Shown: positions 40,960-50,169, counted from the stretch's first letter. The stretch: 64,000 nt of DNA from Planctomycetota bacterium (GCA_965223545.1 OZ245006.1:8001703-8065702); one strand, 5' to 3'. Made by a program: numbers and translations. The notes: generated from the letters alone by a model not told the origin.

Positions 40960-42345
40960 ATGCACGAACCGGCCTCGGACCGCCCGCAGGGGAGTGACGC
41001 TGACGCGCACGATGGCGCTGTCCTCGGCCTGCGCGCCGTCTCGGTGCTGCGCCGCGGCGAACCGCTGCTGCAGGTCGCCGACCTGTCGCTGGCGCCGGGT
41101 GGTTGTGCGGTGCTGCTGGGCAGCTCGGGGAGCGGCAAGACCAGCCTGCTCCGCGCCCTGCTCGGCATCGACCCCGACCTCGCCCTGACCGGCGAGGCGT
41201 GGCTGGCCGGCGTCCGCCTGGCCGGCCTGGGCGCTGGCGCACGCCGGCGTCTCCTGCGGGAGTCAGTGCTGTGGCTGCCGCAGGACGCCTGCGCGGCCCT
41301 CGACCCGCGGGCTCGACTGGGTGCCCAGCTGGGCAGGGCGACCGGTGCCGACCCCGATGCGGTGCGCAGCGCGCTCGGTTCGCTCGGCGTGGAGGATCCG
41401 GCGGCCGTGCTCGAGCGCCTGCCCCACGCGGTCTCCGGCGGACAGGCCCAACGCTGTTTGCTGGCGATGATGGCCTTGCGCCCGCCGCGCCTGCTGCTCG
41501 CCGACGAGCCCACCGCCGCCCTGGACGACGCCAGCCGGGACCTCTGGTTGGCGCAGCTGCGCCGCGCACTGGGCGGTGGCGTTGCGGCGCTGATCACTAC
41601 CCACCGCACCGAAGTCGTCGACGCACTACCGGCGCAGGCGTTCTCGGTCGTCGATGGCGTGGTCCGCGCGGGTTTGCCCCCGGTCGCGCCGTGGCCCGAG
41701 CGGGCGCGGCGCGCGGGCGAAGACGTCGTGCTGGCCCTGCGCGGAGTCGGCGTCCGCCGCGGTGGCCACTGGCATCTGCGCGGCGTCGATCTGCGCCTGC
41801 GCGCCGGCGAGGTCGTCGCGCTGGTCGGCCCGTCCGGCGCCGGCAAGACGACGGCCGGCATGGTTGCCGCCGGCCACTTGACCCCGACCGAGGGGCAGGT
41901 TGCGCGGAGCGGGGGCGCGCAGTCCGTGCAGATGCTGTTTCAAGACGCCTTCGGCTCGCTGACGCCCGGCCGGCGCATCGACGCGTTGCTGCGCGAAGTG
42001 ACCGCGCCGGGCTTCGACGGCGTCGCCGCGGCGCGCGAGCTGGCGCTCTCGGCCGAGCAGTTGGCGCGCAGTCGCGAACGACTTTCCGGTGGCGAGCGGC
42101 GCCGAGTGGCGCTGTTGCGTGCCTTGGCGGTGCGCCCCAGCGCGTTGGTGCTGGACGAGCCGACGGCCTCCCTCGACCGCCGCACGGCGGTGCGGGCAGT
42201 CGGCGAGCTGCTGCGGGCGGCGCGGGGCGGTGGGGTCGCGGTGTTGCTGATCACCCACGACCAAGAGATGGCCGCAGCGGTCGCGCATCGCGTGGTGCGC
42301 ATCGAAGCCGGCAGGTTGGTGGCCGACGCGCTGCTGGAACGGTAG
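40960..42345 (+). CDS. Tandem-domain ABC ATPase (peptide/nickel DppD-F type)
   Basis: Two Walker A (GSSGSGKT, GPSGAGKT), signatures VSGGQ/LSGGE, ADEPT/LDEPT. Confidence 0.9.
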   Translation: MHEPASDRPQGSDADAHDGAVLGLRAVSVLRRGEPLLQVADLSLAPGGCAVLLGSSGSGKTSLLRALLGIDPDLALTGEAWLAGVRLAGLGAGARRRLLRESVLWLPQDACAALDPRARLGAQLGRATGADPDAVRSALGSLGVEDPAAVLERLPHAVSGGQAQRCLLAMMALRPPRLLLADEPTAALDDASRDLWLAQLRRALGGGVAALITTHRTEVVDALPAQAFSVVDGVVRAGLPPVAPWPERARRAGEDVVLALRGVGVRRGGHWHLRGVDLRLRAGEVVALVGPSGAGKTTAGMVAAGHLTPTEGQVARSGGAQSVQMLFQDAFGSLTPGRRIDALLREVTAPGFDGVAAARELALSAEQLARSRERLSGGERRRVALLRALAVRPSALVLDEPTASLDRRTAVRAVGELLRAARGGGVAVLLITHDQEMAAAVAHRVVRIEAGRLVADALLER

Positions 42346-42363
42346 CGTTGCGATAGAGCCACC

Positions 42364-43677
42364 ATGCAATCGTTCGCTCCCACTTGCCGCGCGTTGGCCA
42401 TCGCGTCTTGGGCGACGACCGTCGTCGCTTCCAGCGCTGCCCAGGGAGGCGCCGAATGGACTGCCGGCCCGAGTGGGCTGAGGGTGCGCTGCGTGCAGGT
42501 CGAAGGGCAGCAGGGAGTCGCGGCCGTGCTGGGGTTCGCCGGTGGTCGACAGCTCGATCCGCCGGGACGCAGCGGGATGGTCGAGGCGGCCGGCGAGCTG
42601 CTGCGGTTGACGCTCGACCGCCGGGGCGCGCCGGCGAGGACCGCGGTGGAGGTGACGCCGCAAGCGGTGGTGCTGCAGACGAGCGCACCGCAGCTGGCGG
42701 ACATCATCGCGCTTTGGTTGCCCCTGCTCGACGCTGAGATGCAGTTCGATGACGACGCCTGCGCGCGGGCCGTGTGGCGCACGGCGCTGCGCGCCGACGA
42801 CCACCGCGAGGTGTTCCCCGGGCCGATCTTGACCGGCCTGACGGCGCGCGCGCTGTTCCAGGGCCGCGACGCCGACGGGAGTGCAGCAACCCTCGGTGAC
42901 CTCGAGCCGGCGACCCTGCGTGCGTTCTGCCGGGCCGCGTTCCATCCCGTCCGCGCGCGACTGCTGTTGGCGACGTCCGATCCCCCCGCGGTGGCGGCCG
43001 CGCGCGCGCGCGCCCTGCTCGCGCCGCTGGCTTCGCGGTCGGCCGAGGATCTGCCGGCATCGAACCTGCAGCCGGACCAGACCCTGGAGCTACAGCGTCC
43101 GCACCGGCGCGTCGCCGCCGCCTACGTCAGCTGTGGCTGGCGCTGCCCCGACGCATCCGACGCGGATTTCGCCGCGAGTCTGGTCGCCATGGAGCTGGTG
43201 CGGGACGCGGCGGTCGCGGCGTTCGGCCGGCCACGGGGGGGCGAGGCGGCAGCGCGTTTGACGCCCTTCTCGCACGACCCGCTGCGGGCGCCGGTGGCGG
43301 TCGTCGGCCGTCGGGCGCCGACGCCGTTTCCGGGCACGTCGCCGGCACCAACGGCAGTGGTGGAACGCACGAGTGCCGAGATCGAGGGGGTGCTGGCGGC
43401 GGCCGAGCGCGCGGCAAACCCGCCGGTGGTGGCGAGCACGGTGGCGCGCCTGCAACGCCTGTACGACGACCGGGGACCGGGCGTGCCGCCGGGAATGTCC
43501 GCCCACACCGCCCTGCCTTGGCTGCGTCGCGCCGCCCTGCGCGCGATCGGTGAATGGCCGGTCGATCTGGTCGACCGCCTGGCGTCGGTCACCCCCGGCG
43601 CGGTGGCGGATGTGCTGGCGGCAATGACGGCGCCAGACCGCCGCGTCTGGTGCGCGCTGCTGCCGATGGCGCGCTGA
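42364..43677 (+). CDS. M16 peptidase-like protein lacking HxxEH
   Basis: PSGLRV...GGRQLDPPGRSGM..., FCRAAFHPVRARLLL resemble insulinase fold; catalytic residues absent. Confidence 0.55.
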   Translation: MQSFAPTCRALAIASWATTVVASSAAQGGAEWTAGPSGLRVRCVQVEGQQGVAAVLGFAGGRQLDPPGRSGMVEAAGELLRLTLDRRGAPARTAVEVTPQAVVLQTSAPQLADIIALWLPLLDAEMQFDDDACARAVWRTALRADDHREVFPGPILTGLTARALFQGRDADGSAATLGDLEPATLRAFCRAAFHPVRARLLLATSDPPAVAAARARALLAPLASRSAEDLPASNLQPDQTLELQRPHRRVAAAYVSCGWRCPDASDADFAASLVAMELVRDAAVAAFGRPRGGEAAARLTPFSHDPLRAPVAVVGRRAPTPFPGTSPAPTAVVERTSAEIEGVLAAAERAANPPVVASTVARLQRLYDDRGPGVPPGMSAHTALPWLRRAALRAIGEWPVDLVDRLASVTPGAVADVLAAMTAPDRRVWCALLPMAR

Positions 43678-43782
43678 CAGCGGCGCGGCCGCCCCCGGGC
43701 CGCGGTGCGACGCCCGGCGAAGAGGTGGTTTTGCTGTACTGCTGGCGCTGCCGTTTCCGATGGAGCCGAGGAGGGCCTTTGC

Positions 43783-45450
43783 ATGGGCTTCATCAGTCTC
43801 AAGGACAAGACGATCAGCGCCAAGCTGGTCTACTACGGCGTCGGCATGGGCGGCAAGACGACGAGTCTGCAGGCCGTGCACGGCATCATGTGTCCGCGTG
43901 ACGAGGTCCAGCTGGTCTCGATCAACACCGAGGACGACGCCACCCTGCTGTTCGACTTCTTGCCGATCGACCTCGGCCAGATCGCCGGCTTCAAGATCCG
44001 CATCCAGGGCTACACCGTGCCCGGACAGCCCAAGTACAAGCGCATGCGCCGGCTCGTGCTGCAGGGCGCGGACGCCGTGGTCCTCGTGGTCGACAGCCAG
44101 GCGAGCCGCCTGGAGGAGAACGTGCAGTCGCGGGACAGCATGTGCGAGAACCTGCGCAGCAACGGCCTCGACCCCGAGACCCTGCCCATCGTGCTGCAGT
44201 ACAACAAGCGCGACCTGTCGGACGTGCTCGCCGAGAGCGAGCTCGACGCGGCGTTGAAGTGGCGCGACGGCCTGCAGTCGTTCCCGTCGATCGCGCATGA
44301 GGGGCACGGGGTCTTCGAGACCTTCGTGCACGCTGCCGGCCAGATCATCGAGACCAAGGCCGAGCGCTTCAACCTGGGAAGGGGCAAGGTCGACGGCACC
44401 GAGGTGGCGGACGGCGTGAGGAGCCGGCTCTGGGAGCTGCACGACGAGGCGAAGGACCGCGGCGAGGTCACCGAGCGCCCCAGTGTGTCGGTCACCGTGC
44501 CGAGCGAAGCGCCGTCCACCGACCTGGAAGCACCCGGAGATGGCGAGGTCTTGTTCTCGGACGAGGAGCTCGAGCAAGCGCTGTTCGAGCCGGCCGACAC
44601 CGAACCGGCGGCGGTCGATGCCGACGTGCACGAGTCCGGCCAGCTGCTGGAGGACGTGATCCAGAGCAACGTCGAGCTGGCCGAGCAGTTCGGCGAGCTC
44701 GATCGCTACAAGAGTCAGCTGGAGCGCAAGAACAAGGAGCTGGTGCAGGTCGCGCAGAACGCGGTGCACGACCTGAACAAGCCGGTCGCGGTGTTACGCA
44801 TGATGCTGGCCTCGCTGCGCAAGGGCATGTTCGGTGACGTCACCGACAAGATGGGCGACGCCCTCGACAACGGGCTTGCCGCGGTGCAGCTGATGGAGCG
44901 CTTGATCAGCGATCTGCTCGACAGCTCGCGGTTGGACTACGACGGGGTGCAGCTCGACTTCCGCGAGGTCGACCTCGAGCTCGTCGTCGGCGACGTGCTC
45001 CGCGCGCTGCGTTTCGAGATCTCCGAGTCCGACGCCCGGGTGTTGGTCGAGCCGCTGCCGGTGGTCTGCGCCGACGAGTGGGCGCTGCACAAGGTGGTGA
45101 TGAACCTGGTCGGCAATGCGCTCCAGTACGGCCACCCCGATCGCTCGACCACGATCCGGATCTCGGCCGAGGAAGAGGGCGACCGCGACGTGCTGGTGAT
45201 CGCCGACAACGGCATGGGCGTGCCCGCCGACGACCTGTCGCGGTTGTTCCGGCGCTTCGAGCGCGGCAGCAACACACGGGGCATCTCGGGCAGCGGGCTC
45301 GGCCTGCACATCGTGCGCGAGGTCGTGCTCGGCCACGGGGGCGAGGTGTGGGTCGAGTCGGTCGAGGGCGAAGGCGCCACCTTCCGGGTCGCTCTGCCGC
45401 ACGAGCCGGTGCTCGCGCCGCACTCGGCGGTCGCCGACGTGCAGGTCTGA
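43783..45450 (+). CDS. MglA-like small GTPase fused to a HisKA/HATPase_c histidine kinase
   Basis: KLVYYGVGMGGKTT, TLLFDFLP, TVPGQ, NKRD; then HDLNKP, NLVGNALQY, DNGMG, GSGLGL; GAGGAGG RBS. Confidence 0.93.
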   Translation: MGFISLKDKTISAKLVYYGVGMGGKTTSLQAVHGIMCPRDEVQLVSINTEDDATLLFDFLPIDLGQIAGFKIRIQGYTVPGQPKYKRMRRLVLQGADAVVLVVDSQASRLEENVQSRDSMCENLRSNGLDPETLPIVLQYNKRDLSDVLAESELDAALKWRDGLQSFPSIAHEGHGVFETFVHAAGQIIETKAERFNLGRGKVDGTEVADGVRSRLWELHDEAKDRGEVTERPSVSVTVPSEAPSTDLEAPGDGEVLFSDEELEQALFEPADTEPAAVDADVHESGQLLEDVIQSNVELAEQFGELDRYKSQLERKNKELVQVAQNAVHDLNKPVAVLRMMLASLRKGMFGDVTDKMGDALDNGLAAVQLMERLISDLLDSSRLDYDGVQLDFREVDLELVVGDVLRALRFEISESDARVLVEPLPVVCADEWALHKVVMNLVGNALQYGHPDRSTTIRISAEEEGDRDVLVIADNGMGVPADDLSRLFRRFERGSNTRGISGSGLGLHIVREVVLGHGGEVWVESVEGEGATFRVALPHEPVLAPHSAVADVQV

Positions 45451-45467
45451 TCCGGGCGATTCGCCCG

Positions 45468-45507
45468 ACTCCGACAGATTGTCGGAGTAATCCTACACGT
45501 TGTCGGA
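45468..45507. promoter_or_regulatory. Tandem palindromic operator, probably for the adjacent BlaI-family repressor
   Basis: ACTCCGACA-GAT-TGTCGGAGT (45468-45488) and TCCTACA-CGT-TGTCGGA (45491-45507). Confidence 0.75.
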
Positions 45508-45556
45508 AGTAGGCTCTGCGCGCGCCGTTGCCATGGCGGCGCCATAGGCTCACCGC

Positions 45557-45985
45557 ATGCCACCCGCCGACCGACCCGCCATCCCCGAAGCCGAGCTCGC
45601 GCTGCTCAAAGCACTGTGGGAGCGGGGTCCGAGCACGGTGCGCGAGCTCCGGGCGGCGACGCCGGCGCGGGCCTACACGACGGTGCAGACCCTGCTCTCC
45701 AGGCTCGAGGACAAGGGCTACGTCAGCGTCGACCGGGGTGGCGTGGCGCACGTCTTCGCCGCCTCGGTCAGCCGCGAGGATCTGCTCGACCAGCGGCTCG
45801 ACCAGCTGGCATCCGAGCTGTGCGACGGCGCCAGGGTACCGCTGGTGCTGCGCTTGGTCGCCGGCGGTCGCTTCAACGCCGACGACATCGCGCGCTTCCG
45901 CCGGATGCTGGACGAGGCTCCCGGAGCGAGCGCGGACCAGAGCGAAGCCGATCGCGATGCCGAAGATCCCGGGGGGCCATTGTGA
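45557..45985 (+). CDS. BlaI/MecI/CopY-family repressor
   Basis: AELALLKALWERGPSTVREL, AYTTVQTLLSRLEDKGYV. Confidence 0.95.
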   Translation: MPPADRPAIPEAELALLKALWERGPSTVRELRAATPARAYTTVQTLLSRLEDKGYVSVDRGGVAHVFAASVSREDLLDQRLDQLASELCDGARVPLVLRLVAGGRFNADDIARFRRMLDEAPGASADQSEADRDAEDPGGPL

Positions 45986-48135
45986 CCTGGCTGTTGGAGC
46001 ACAGCACCGGCGCGCTGGCGCTCGGCGTCGCGGTGTGGGCCGCGGTGCGCTGGCTGCGGCCGGCGCCGGCCGTGGCCCACCTGCTCTGGCTCGCGGTCAT
46101 CGTCAAGCTGATGCTGCCGCCCCTGCTCCGCTGGCCGGTGCTCCCCGCGGTGGGGATCGCGACGCCCGCGGCGGGGTCGATGCCGTTGCCGGCGGGGGCG
46201 CCGCTCGACCCCGCGGTCTTGCTGCTGGCCTTGCAGCAGCCCGCGGTTCCGCCGGCCGCGCCGGGAGCCGAGGGCTTCGCCTGGCTGCTTTGGCTCTGGG
46301 CGATCGGCTCGATCGGCACCGCGGTCTGGCTGACGCGCGGCGCGCTCCGCACGCGCCGCTGGCTCCGCCGCGCCGCGCCACCGCCTGCCGCCTTTCTCGG
46401 CCGCGTCCGCGCGCTCGGCGCGCGGCTCGGAGTTTCGCCGCCGCGCGTCGCCGTGGTCGCCGACGCCGTGACCCCTTTCGTGTTCGGCCCCGGCCGCCCG
46501 GTGCTCGTGTGGCCGGCGCGCATGCTGGCGCCGAGCCGTGCGCACGACGCCGTGCTGGCGCACGAGCTGGCGCACCTGCGCCGCCGCGACCACTGGGTGG
46601 CGCGGCTGGAGGTGCTGGCCCTGATCGCCTTCTGGTGGCATCCGCTGTTGTGGCTGGCGCGGTCGCGCATGCGCGCCGCCGCCGAGCTCGCCTGTGACGC
46701 GTGGGCGCTGTGGGCGGTCCCACAGGCACGGCGCGACTACGCCGGCGCGTTGATCGACACCCTGGAACTGCAATCCCAAGCGGCGCCCGCCGCGGTCGCG
46801 CTCGGCGCGCGCCAGGCGGACCGTCGCGCTTTCGAAGAGAGACTCGAGATGATTCTGCACGCGAAGCACTCCGTTCGCCGCCGCTGGTCCGTGTTGCCGG
46901 TGGCAGCCCTGGCACTGACCCTCGCCGGCGGTCCTACGTTCGCCCAGGAAGGGGGCGCGCAGCGCGCCAAGACCAGTCGGTCCGAGGAGAGCTTGGAGAG
47001 CAAGATCGAGGCCGCGGTGCGTCGGGCGTTGGCCGAGCACGGCATCGAGGCGGAGGAGTCGGAGGCCGAGACCCCCGCTCCGGCGACACAGCGGGGCGCG
47101 GAGGGCGACGACACCCTGCGCCGGGTGCAGGCGGAGCTGGAGGCGGCCCTCGACGAGGCGCGTGCCGAGATCCGCGGCGACGAGGACCTGCGCGCGCTCG
47201 GGATCGCGGGGGACGTCGAGCGGCTCGTCGGTACCGTGCTGAGCGGTGAAGGGGAGATCGGAGATTCGCTCGGCAGCGTGCTGCAGAAGGCGTTGGCGGG
47301 CGGCTTGCGCCAGGCGCAGCAGGAGATCGCAGACGACGAAGATCTGCGGGCCATGGGCTTGACCGACGACGTGCAGGGCCTGGCCAGTGCGTTGCTCGGC
47401 GGCGAAGGCGACGCGATGGGCAGCCTGCAGGGCGTGGTCGAGAAGGCCATGGCGCACGGCTTGCGCGAGGCGCAGCGGGAGATCGGAGACGACGAAGATC
47501 TGCGGGCCATGGGCTTGACCGACGACGTGCAGGGCCTGGCCCGTGCGCTGCTCGGCGGCGAGGGCGACGCGATGGGCAGCCTGCAGGGCGTGCTCGAGAA
47601 GGCGATGGCGCAGGGCCTCCGCCACGCCCAGCAGGAGATCGCAGACGATGAGGATCTGCGGGCCATGGGCTTGACCGACGACGTGCAGGGCCTGGCCCGT
47701 GCGCTGCTCGGCGGCGAGGGCGACGCGATGGGCAGCCTGCAGGGCCTGGTCGAGAAGGCGATGGCGCAGGGCCTCCGTCACGCCCAGCAGGAGATCGCAG
47801 ACGACGAAGATCTGCGCGCGCTGGGGCTGACCGGCGATGTGCAGGGCCTGGTCGGCGCGCTGATTGGTGGTAATGAAGCGCAGGGCAACCTGGCGCACTC
47901 CGTCGAGCGCGCATTGCGCGCCGCGCGGGGTGAGGGGCAAGGTGCACCGGCGCTGGAGCACGCGCACCAGCAGATCCGGCAGGCGCAGCGCTCGATCGAA
48001 CAGGCGATGCGTGCCCTGCGCGAGCACGGCGCCGAGACCGAGGGGCTGCAGGAGGTCTTGGAGCAGGTGCGCCGTGCCGCCGCGGAGGCGGCTGCGTCGA
48101 CGAGCGCGTCGGGCAAGAAGCGCCGCATCCTCTGA
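45982..48135 (+). CDS. BlaR1-like M56 metallopeptidase with C-terminal 52-aa helical repeats
   Basis: GTGA overlap with blaI; LAHELAHLRRRD, FWWHPLLW, ELACD, FEERLEMI. Confidence 0.92.
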   Translation: MTWLLEHSTGALALGVAVWAAVRWLRPAPAVAHLLWLAVIVKLMLPPLLRWPVLPAVGIATPAAGSMPLPAGAPLDPAVLLLALQQPAVPPAAPGAEGFAWLLWLWAIGSIGTAVWLTRGALRTRRWLRRAAPPPAAFLGRVRALGARLGVSPPRVAVVADAVTPFVFGPGRPVLVWPARMLAPSRAHDAVLAHELAHLRRRDHWVARLEVLALIAFWWHPLLWLARSRMRAAAELACDAWALWAVPQARRDYAGALIDTLELQSQAAPAAVALGARQADRRAFEERLEMILHAKHSVRRRWSVLPVAALALTLAGGPTFAQEGGAQRAKTSRSEESLESKIEAAVRRALAEHGIEAEESEAETPAPATQRGAEGDDTLRRVQAELEAALDEARAEIRGDEDLRALGIAGDVERLVGTVLSGEGEIGDSLGSVLQKALAGGLRQAQQEIADDEDLRAMGLTDDVQGLASALLGGEGDAMGSLQGVVEKAMAHGLREAQREIGDDEDLRAMGLTDDVQGLARALLGGEGDAMGSLQGVLEKAMAQGLRHAQQEIADDEDLRAMGLTDDVQGLARALLGGEGDAMGSLQGLVEKAMAQGLRHAQQEIADDEDLRALGLTGDVQGLVGALIGGNEAQGNLAHSVERALRAARGEGQGAPALEHAHQQIRQAQRSIEQAMRALREHGAETEGLQEVLEQVRRAAAEAAASTSASGKKRRIL
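47149..47880 (+). repeat. Intragenic 156-bp tandem repeat (~4.6 units)
   Basis: D-L-R codons recur at 47185, 47341, 47497, 47653, 47809. Confidence 0.95.
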
Positions 48136-48244
48136 GCGTCCGGGGCCGCAAGTCTTCGCGCGGCGACAACCTTTCGGAAGGCTCGATGCCGCTGGAGCTT
48201 CGACAACGCAGCTCCCGGAGGCTCAGCGCGGCCACGGCCGCAAC

Positions 48245-48618
48245 GGTATGTGTGGTTCCATGATCTGCGAAGCTAGAGTTCTCCACACCCGTCGCGCCGT
48301 AGCGGTGTGGAAGACTCGCGCGATGGTGCAGCCGCAGGAGTCGTGTCGGGAGTCTGGTCATCGGCCGCAAGAGAGCTTAGGGTCCCCCGGCGTGCGACGG
48401 AGAGGTTTCGCGATCTGCCGCAATGGTGGCGCTTCGAGCGGCCCCTCATTTGGTTCTGCGACTCTCCTCCCGCGTGGGGGACCCGATTTAGGAGATTGGC
48501 GGCGTGAGAAATCACGGCCCCGAAACACGAACCGTTTTGGCGACTCGCCTCCTCAGGCGGACTGCGCGGGTAGGGAGAGTCCTCTCGTCGACACTCACTC
48601 GTTGAACATGGAGGGGAC
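48245..48618 (+). ncRNA. Candidate IS110 bridge RNA region, copy 2
   Basis: 5' hairpin 48276-48317; long stem 48380-48484 with loop strands GCCGCAA and TTTGGTT; donor match TTAGGAGAT 48488-48496. Confidence 0.72.
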
Positions 48619-50121
48619 ATGAATCGATTCGTTGGATTGGATCTCGGCTTGAGGAGCAAGCACCGAGCCGTCGTTCTGGATGGTGCGAAGTCTCGGGGCA
48701 GACCGTTTTCAGTCGAGAACAGCCGTGAGGGTATTGACCTTCTGCTGCGCCGTGCACAGGAAGGTGCCGAGGGTCCGGTGAGCTTCGTGATGGAACCAAC
48801 GGGGTTGGCGTGGCTGCCCATCGCGGCGCACGTGAACGCCGCAGGGTTCCAGATCTACGTGAGCAAACCACAGAAGCTGAGCGACCTGCGGAAGTTCTAT
48901 AGCAAGCACACCAAAACCGACGTAGTAGACGCCGAGGCCGCTGCGCGTCTGCCGCAGATGGATCCAAAGGGCGTCCACCAGCTGCGTGTTCCAACTGCCG
49001 ACGAGACGACGATCCGTCGACTCGTGAAGCGGCGTGAGCGGTTGGCGCGCGAGCTCAGCGACCACAAGCGTCGTGTGCACGCGATACTGGTACTGGCGAA
49101 TCCCAGCCTCATGAAGGCCTTGGGGGCAGAGAAGTTCAGTGCCGCTAAGATGGGGTTTCTGCGGCGCTACGTCGATCCGGTGAAAGCGGTCGGCCTTGGG
49201 AAGAGTCGCTTGGAGCGCTTCTTGACGAAGCGATCCAAGGGAACGCATGACCCGTGCTTGGTCGACCGCGTGCTCGAGTCCTGCCGACAGGCCGCCGAGT
49301 ACTACGCTGAGCTGCGAGCTGCGGGGCAGATGCCGTTCGACTACGAGGCCATCCAAGAGGATGTGGTGTACGAGCTGGATGAGATCGAGCGCAAGAACAC
49401 GGACGTTCGCAAGCTCGACGCAAAGATCAAGAAGCTCTACCTGGGCGTCGATCCTGACCGAACACTCGAGCAACTGCGCGGCGTCGGTCCCACGATCGCT
49501 GCGGCCATCGAAGCCTTGGTAGGCGACATCGCGCGGTTCTCGAACGGCAAGAAGTTCGTGAGCTACTGCGGACTGTGTCCACGCCGGAAGCAGACGGGCA
49601 TGAGCGACCCCTCGATGCCAATCACCAAAACCGGCCAACGAGTACTCAAGAAGTACCTCTACCTAGCAGCTGACGTCGCTCGCCAGTGGGATCCGGATTT
49701 CGCGGCGTACTACGCTCGCCGCTACGCCGCAGGTGATCACCACAACCTCATCCTCATCGCATTGGCTGGCAAGATGGCGCGCCGCGTCTACGCCCTCCTG
49801 AAGCGTCGCGACAGCCAGCGCGCCGATGACAAGCCGGCGTCGACGCAAGTCCGCTACGTCCTGCGAGACGCCGACGGCAACGAGCTCACGAAGGTTGCCG
49901 CGCGCGCGCTCATCGCAGCCAAGTTCACGCGCAGCATCGTCGCGCCACAGCGGCATGAGCGCGACCAACGGCGACAGGGACGAGTGGGGACTCCGACGAC
50001 GAGGGACTTGAGTGGCCGCCCAATGGACGCCACAGGCCTGGCCGTGGAATCCCCACGTCAACCTCACCCGATCGGTGATCTCATGCAAGAACACTTCCCT
50101 GGTCTTGTGGAAGAGTCCTGA
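48619..50121 (+). CDS. IS110-family DEDD recombinase (500 aa)
   Basis: Translation identical to 10107-11609; GGAGGGG RBS. Confidence 0.95.
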   Translation: MNRFVGLDLGLRSKHRAVVLDGAKSRGRPFSVENSREGIDLLLRRAQEGAEGPVSFVMEPTGLAWLPIAAHVNAAGFQIYVSKPQKLSDLRKFYSKHTKTDVVDAEAAARLPQMDPKGVHQLRVPTADETTIRRLVKRRERLARELSDHKRRVHAILVLANPSLMKALGAEKFSAAKMGFLRRYVDPVKAVGLGKSRLERFLTKRSKGTHDPCLVDRVLESCRQAAEYYAELRAAGQMPFDYEAIQEDVVYELDEIERKNTDVRKLDAKIKKLYLGVDPDRTLEQLRGVGPTIAAAIEALVGDIARFSNGKKFVSYCGLCPRRKQTGMSDPSMPITKTGQRVLKKYLYLAADVARQWDPDFAAYYARRYAAGDHHNLILIALAGKMARRVYALLKRRDSQRADDKPASTQVRYVLRDADGNELTKVAARALIAAKFTRSIVAPQRHERDQRRQGRVGTPTTRDLSGRPMDATGLAVESPRQPHPIGDLMQEHFPGLVEES

Positions 50122-50163
50122 ACAAGCCGTGCACACGCGATGTCGAGCCCCAGCGAAAACCCC

Positions 50164-50169
50164 TTGACA
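50164..50169 (+). promoter_or_regulatory. Outward-facing -35 hexamer of the IS circle-junction promoter
   Basis: TTGACA 15 bp from the right end; circularisation places TATGTG (48247-48252) 17 bp downstream. Confidence 0.75.

Noticed and set aside
47149..47880. CRISPR or non-coding repeat
   Set aside because: In-frame 156-bp coding repeat within the M56 ORF
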